DNA of 64,000 bases, taken from assembly GCA_026770705.1 (NCBI GenBank), contig JANJGN010000646.1, forward strand, positions 1-64,000, in the 5' to 3' direction. The translations under genes and the position numbers were made by a program. Source of the DNA: Isurus oxyrinchus (lineage: Eukaryota). The notes beneath the pieces were generated by a model. It did no database searches. It was not told where the DNA came from and was given only the letters and a program-made list of their open reading frames with translations. Shown piece after piece: positions 62,270 through 64,000 of the stretch; within the stretch, counting starts at the first letter, position 1, and each line of letters opens with the position of its first letter.

Positions 62270-62980
62270 GGGGCCTTTACCCCAAGGAAGTGGGAATACA
62301 AAGAGGCTCGGAGAGATGCGTCAGGTTATAAATCTCTGCTCAGAGCCCACCTGCAGTTAGTGGCTTCAGTTGTGGGTCCCGCCCCTCAGGGAGGGTATAT
62401 TGCCCTCCGAGGGGCTGCAGCCCAGAGTCACCAGAACGATCCCGGGGCTGAAAGGGTTAAATTCTGAGGACAGGTTGCACAGACCAGGCTTGTGTTCCCT
62501 CGAGTCTTGAAGATTAAGGGGTGATCTAATCGAGGGGTTTAAGATGATTAAAGGATTTGATGGGGTCGATAGAGAGAAACTATTTCCCCTGGTGGTGGGG
62601 GTGAGGTGAGGGGGTGGGGGTGAGGGTGGGGGTGGGGGTGGGGGTGGGGGTGGGGGTGAGGGTGGGGGTGGGGGGTGGGGGTGGGGGTGAGGTGAGGGGT
62701 GGTCCAGAACAAGGGGGCAGAATCTTAAGATTGGAGCCAGGCCGTTCAGGGGGTGATGTCAGGAAGCAATTCTTCACACAAAGCGGGGGTGGAAATCTGG
62801 AACTCTCTCCCCCAGAAAAAGCTGTCGAGGCTGGGAGGGGTCAATTGTAAATTTCAAAACTGACATTGGGAGATTTCTGTTGGGTCGGGGGGTGTTTAAG
62901 GTTTAAGGAACCGAGCTTGGTGGATGGGGTTAATATACAGACCAGCCGTGATCTGATTGAATGGGGGAACAGGCTGATTA
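62270..62980 (+). mobile_element. CR1-like 3' fragment with (GGGGGT)n expansion at ~62590-62700
   Basis: Reverse-complement homologue of 4533-4985. Confidence 0.8.
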
Positions 62981-63567
62981 TTGAATGACTGGGAATGTCA
63001 GCCCAGTGTATGGATCGCCAATCTCTAGAATGGGAGGATTCCTCTTCTATTGGAATTCATTCAGTAATGTGGGCATCACTGGCAGGGCCAGTGTTTATTG
63101 CCCATCCCTAGTTGCCCCTTGAGAAGGCGGTGGTGAGCCGCCCGCTCGAATACAACTGAGTGGCATGCCCGGCCCATTCAGAGGGGCAGTTAAGATTCCC
63201 CCACATCGCTGTGGGTCAGGAGTCACATGTAGGCCAGACCGGGTAAGGATGGCAGAATTCCCTCCCTAAAGGAGATTACTGGCCCAGATGGGTTTTTACA
63301 ACAATCTGGTAGTTTCATGGTGACCATCACTGAGAATTGTGAACAAACTGTGGAGAAATGTCGACTTGCCAGCCAATCAGCACGCCCTCTTCCCCCACAT
63401 CAGAAATGGCTGTTCCCTTTGAGATTGGGTTTTCTCGTGACTCTGTCCTGACGAGGATTGAAACCTTCGACAGCATGTTTTCAGCAACACCCAAGGGGAG
63501 ATTTGGTTCACCTCGGAGTTTGGACAAGATGTGGAATTGTTTAAAAGTCAGGATTGAAATTACTCAC

Positions 63568-63825
63568 ATTCAGTGGGAATTCTAATGGGCAGAGACTGGG
63601 AACTGCCCAGGATACTTGTTGCTTCACAGTAGTAGGAGATTTCCTCATCGAATCCATAAGGAACTGTAATAGTTTGACCAGCGAGCGCCAGATTCATCAC
63701 CTTTCCTTGGGAGATCTTAAACCAGGTGAAATTGTGGACTGCTGGATTCCCGTCACTGGAACAACTTAGAGAAATCACCTTTCCTTTTTCCAGTATCATC
63801 CTGACAGACGTGTTGTGAGGAGAAT
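63568..63825 (-). CDS. Gene E Ig C2 exon, CD22/sialoadhesin-like
   Basis: SPHNTSV...ISLSCSSDGNPAVHNFTWFK...YYCEATSILGSSQS; 258 nt, phase 1-1, joins 58981 in frame. The gene continues beyond the window. Confidence 0.8.
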
Positions 63826-64000
63826 CTTTCAAATACAAAATTATCAACACATTAAACACTGAGTGTGATGGAATTCTCTCCAGTTGCCGGGATGAGTGCG
63901 GCTCCAACAACACTCAAGAAGCTCGACACCATCCAGGACAAAGCAGCCCGATTGATTGGCATCCCACCCACCATCTTCAACATTCACTCCCTCCACCATG

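Noticed and set aside
17395-63825. Assigning symbols such as CD22, MAG, SIGLEC1 or SIGLEC15
   Set aside because: Family membership is supported, but orthology cannot be established without phylogeny and synteny.

Overview
Vertebrate genomic DNA, most likely a cartilaginous fish (shark), judged from DeuSINE/SacSINE1-like, CR1 and Penelope-like repeats. The window holds a minus-strand tandem cluster of Siglec/CD22-like Ig-superfamily receptor genes, reconstructed here exon by exon from GT-AG sites and exon phases. Gene A (27908->17395) looks intact: signal peptide, V-set with the Siglec F-strand Arg (YFFR), two C2 domains, a TM segment containing a Glu, and a two-exon cytoplasmic tail. That tail module is present four times in a ~3-kb tandem array (to 8305). 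Three copies have a broken ITIM plus an ITSM-like motif, and the distal copy has an intact ITIM plus ITSM. Genes B (36285->31579) and D (48131->44515) end in an identical Arg-containing TM exon with a short Tyr-free tail (activating type), but their V exons are frameshifted. Gene C (~41000->37833) is a truncated pseudogene. Gene E (from beyond 63825 to 52761) is a longer CD22/sialoadhesin-like receptor with a neutral TM and a different tail carrying YxN and SxYxxL motifs. Together these resemble an inhibitory/activating paired-receptor cluster shaped by birth-and-death evolution and gene conversion. The rest of the window is TE remnants, SINE/LINE-derived minisatellites, a 4.5-kb C/T-rich satellite and a 460-N gap. 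All gene models are manual predictions without transcript evidence.
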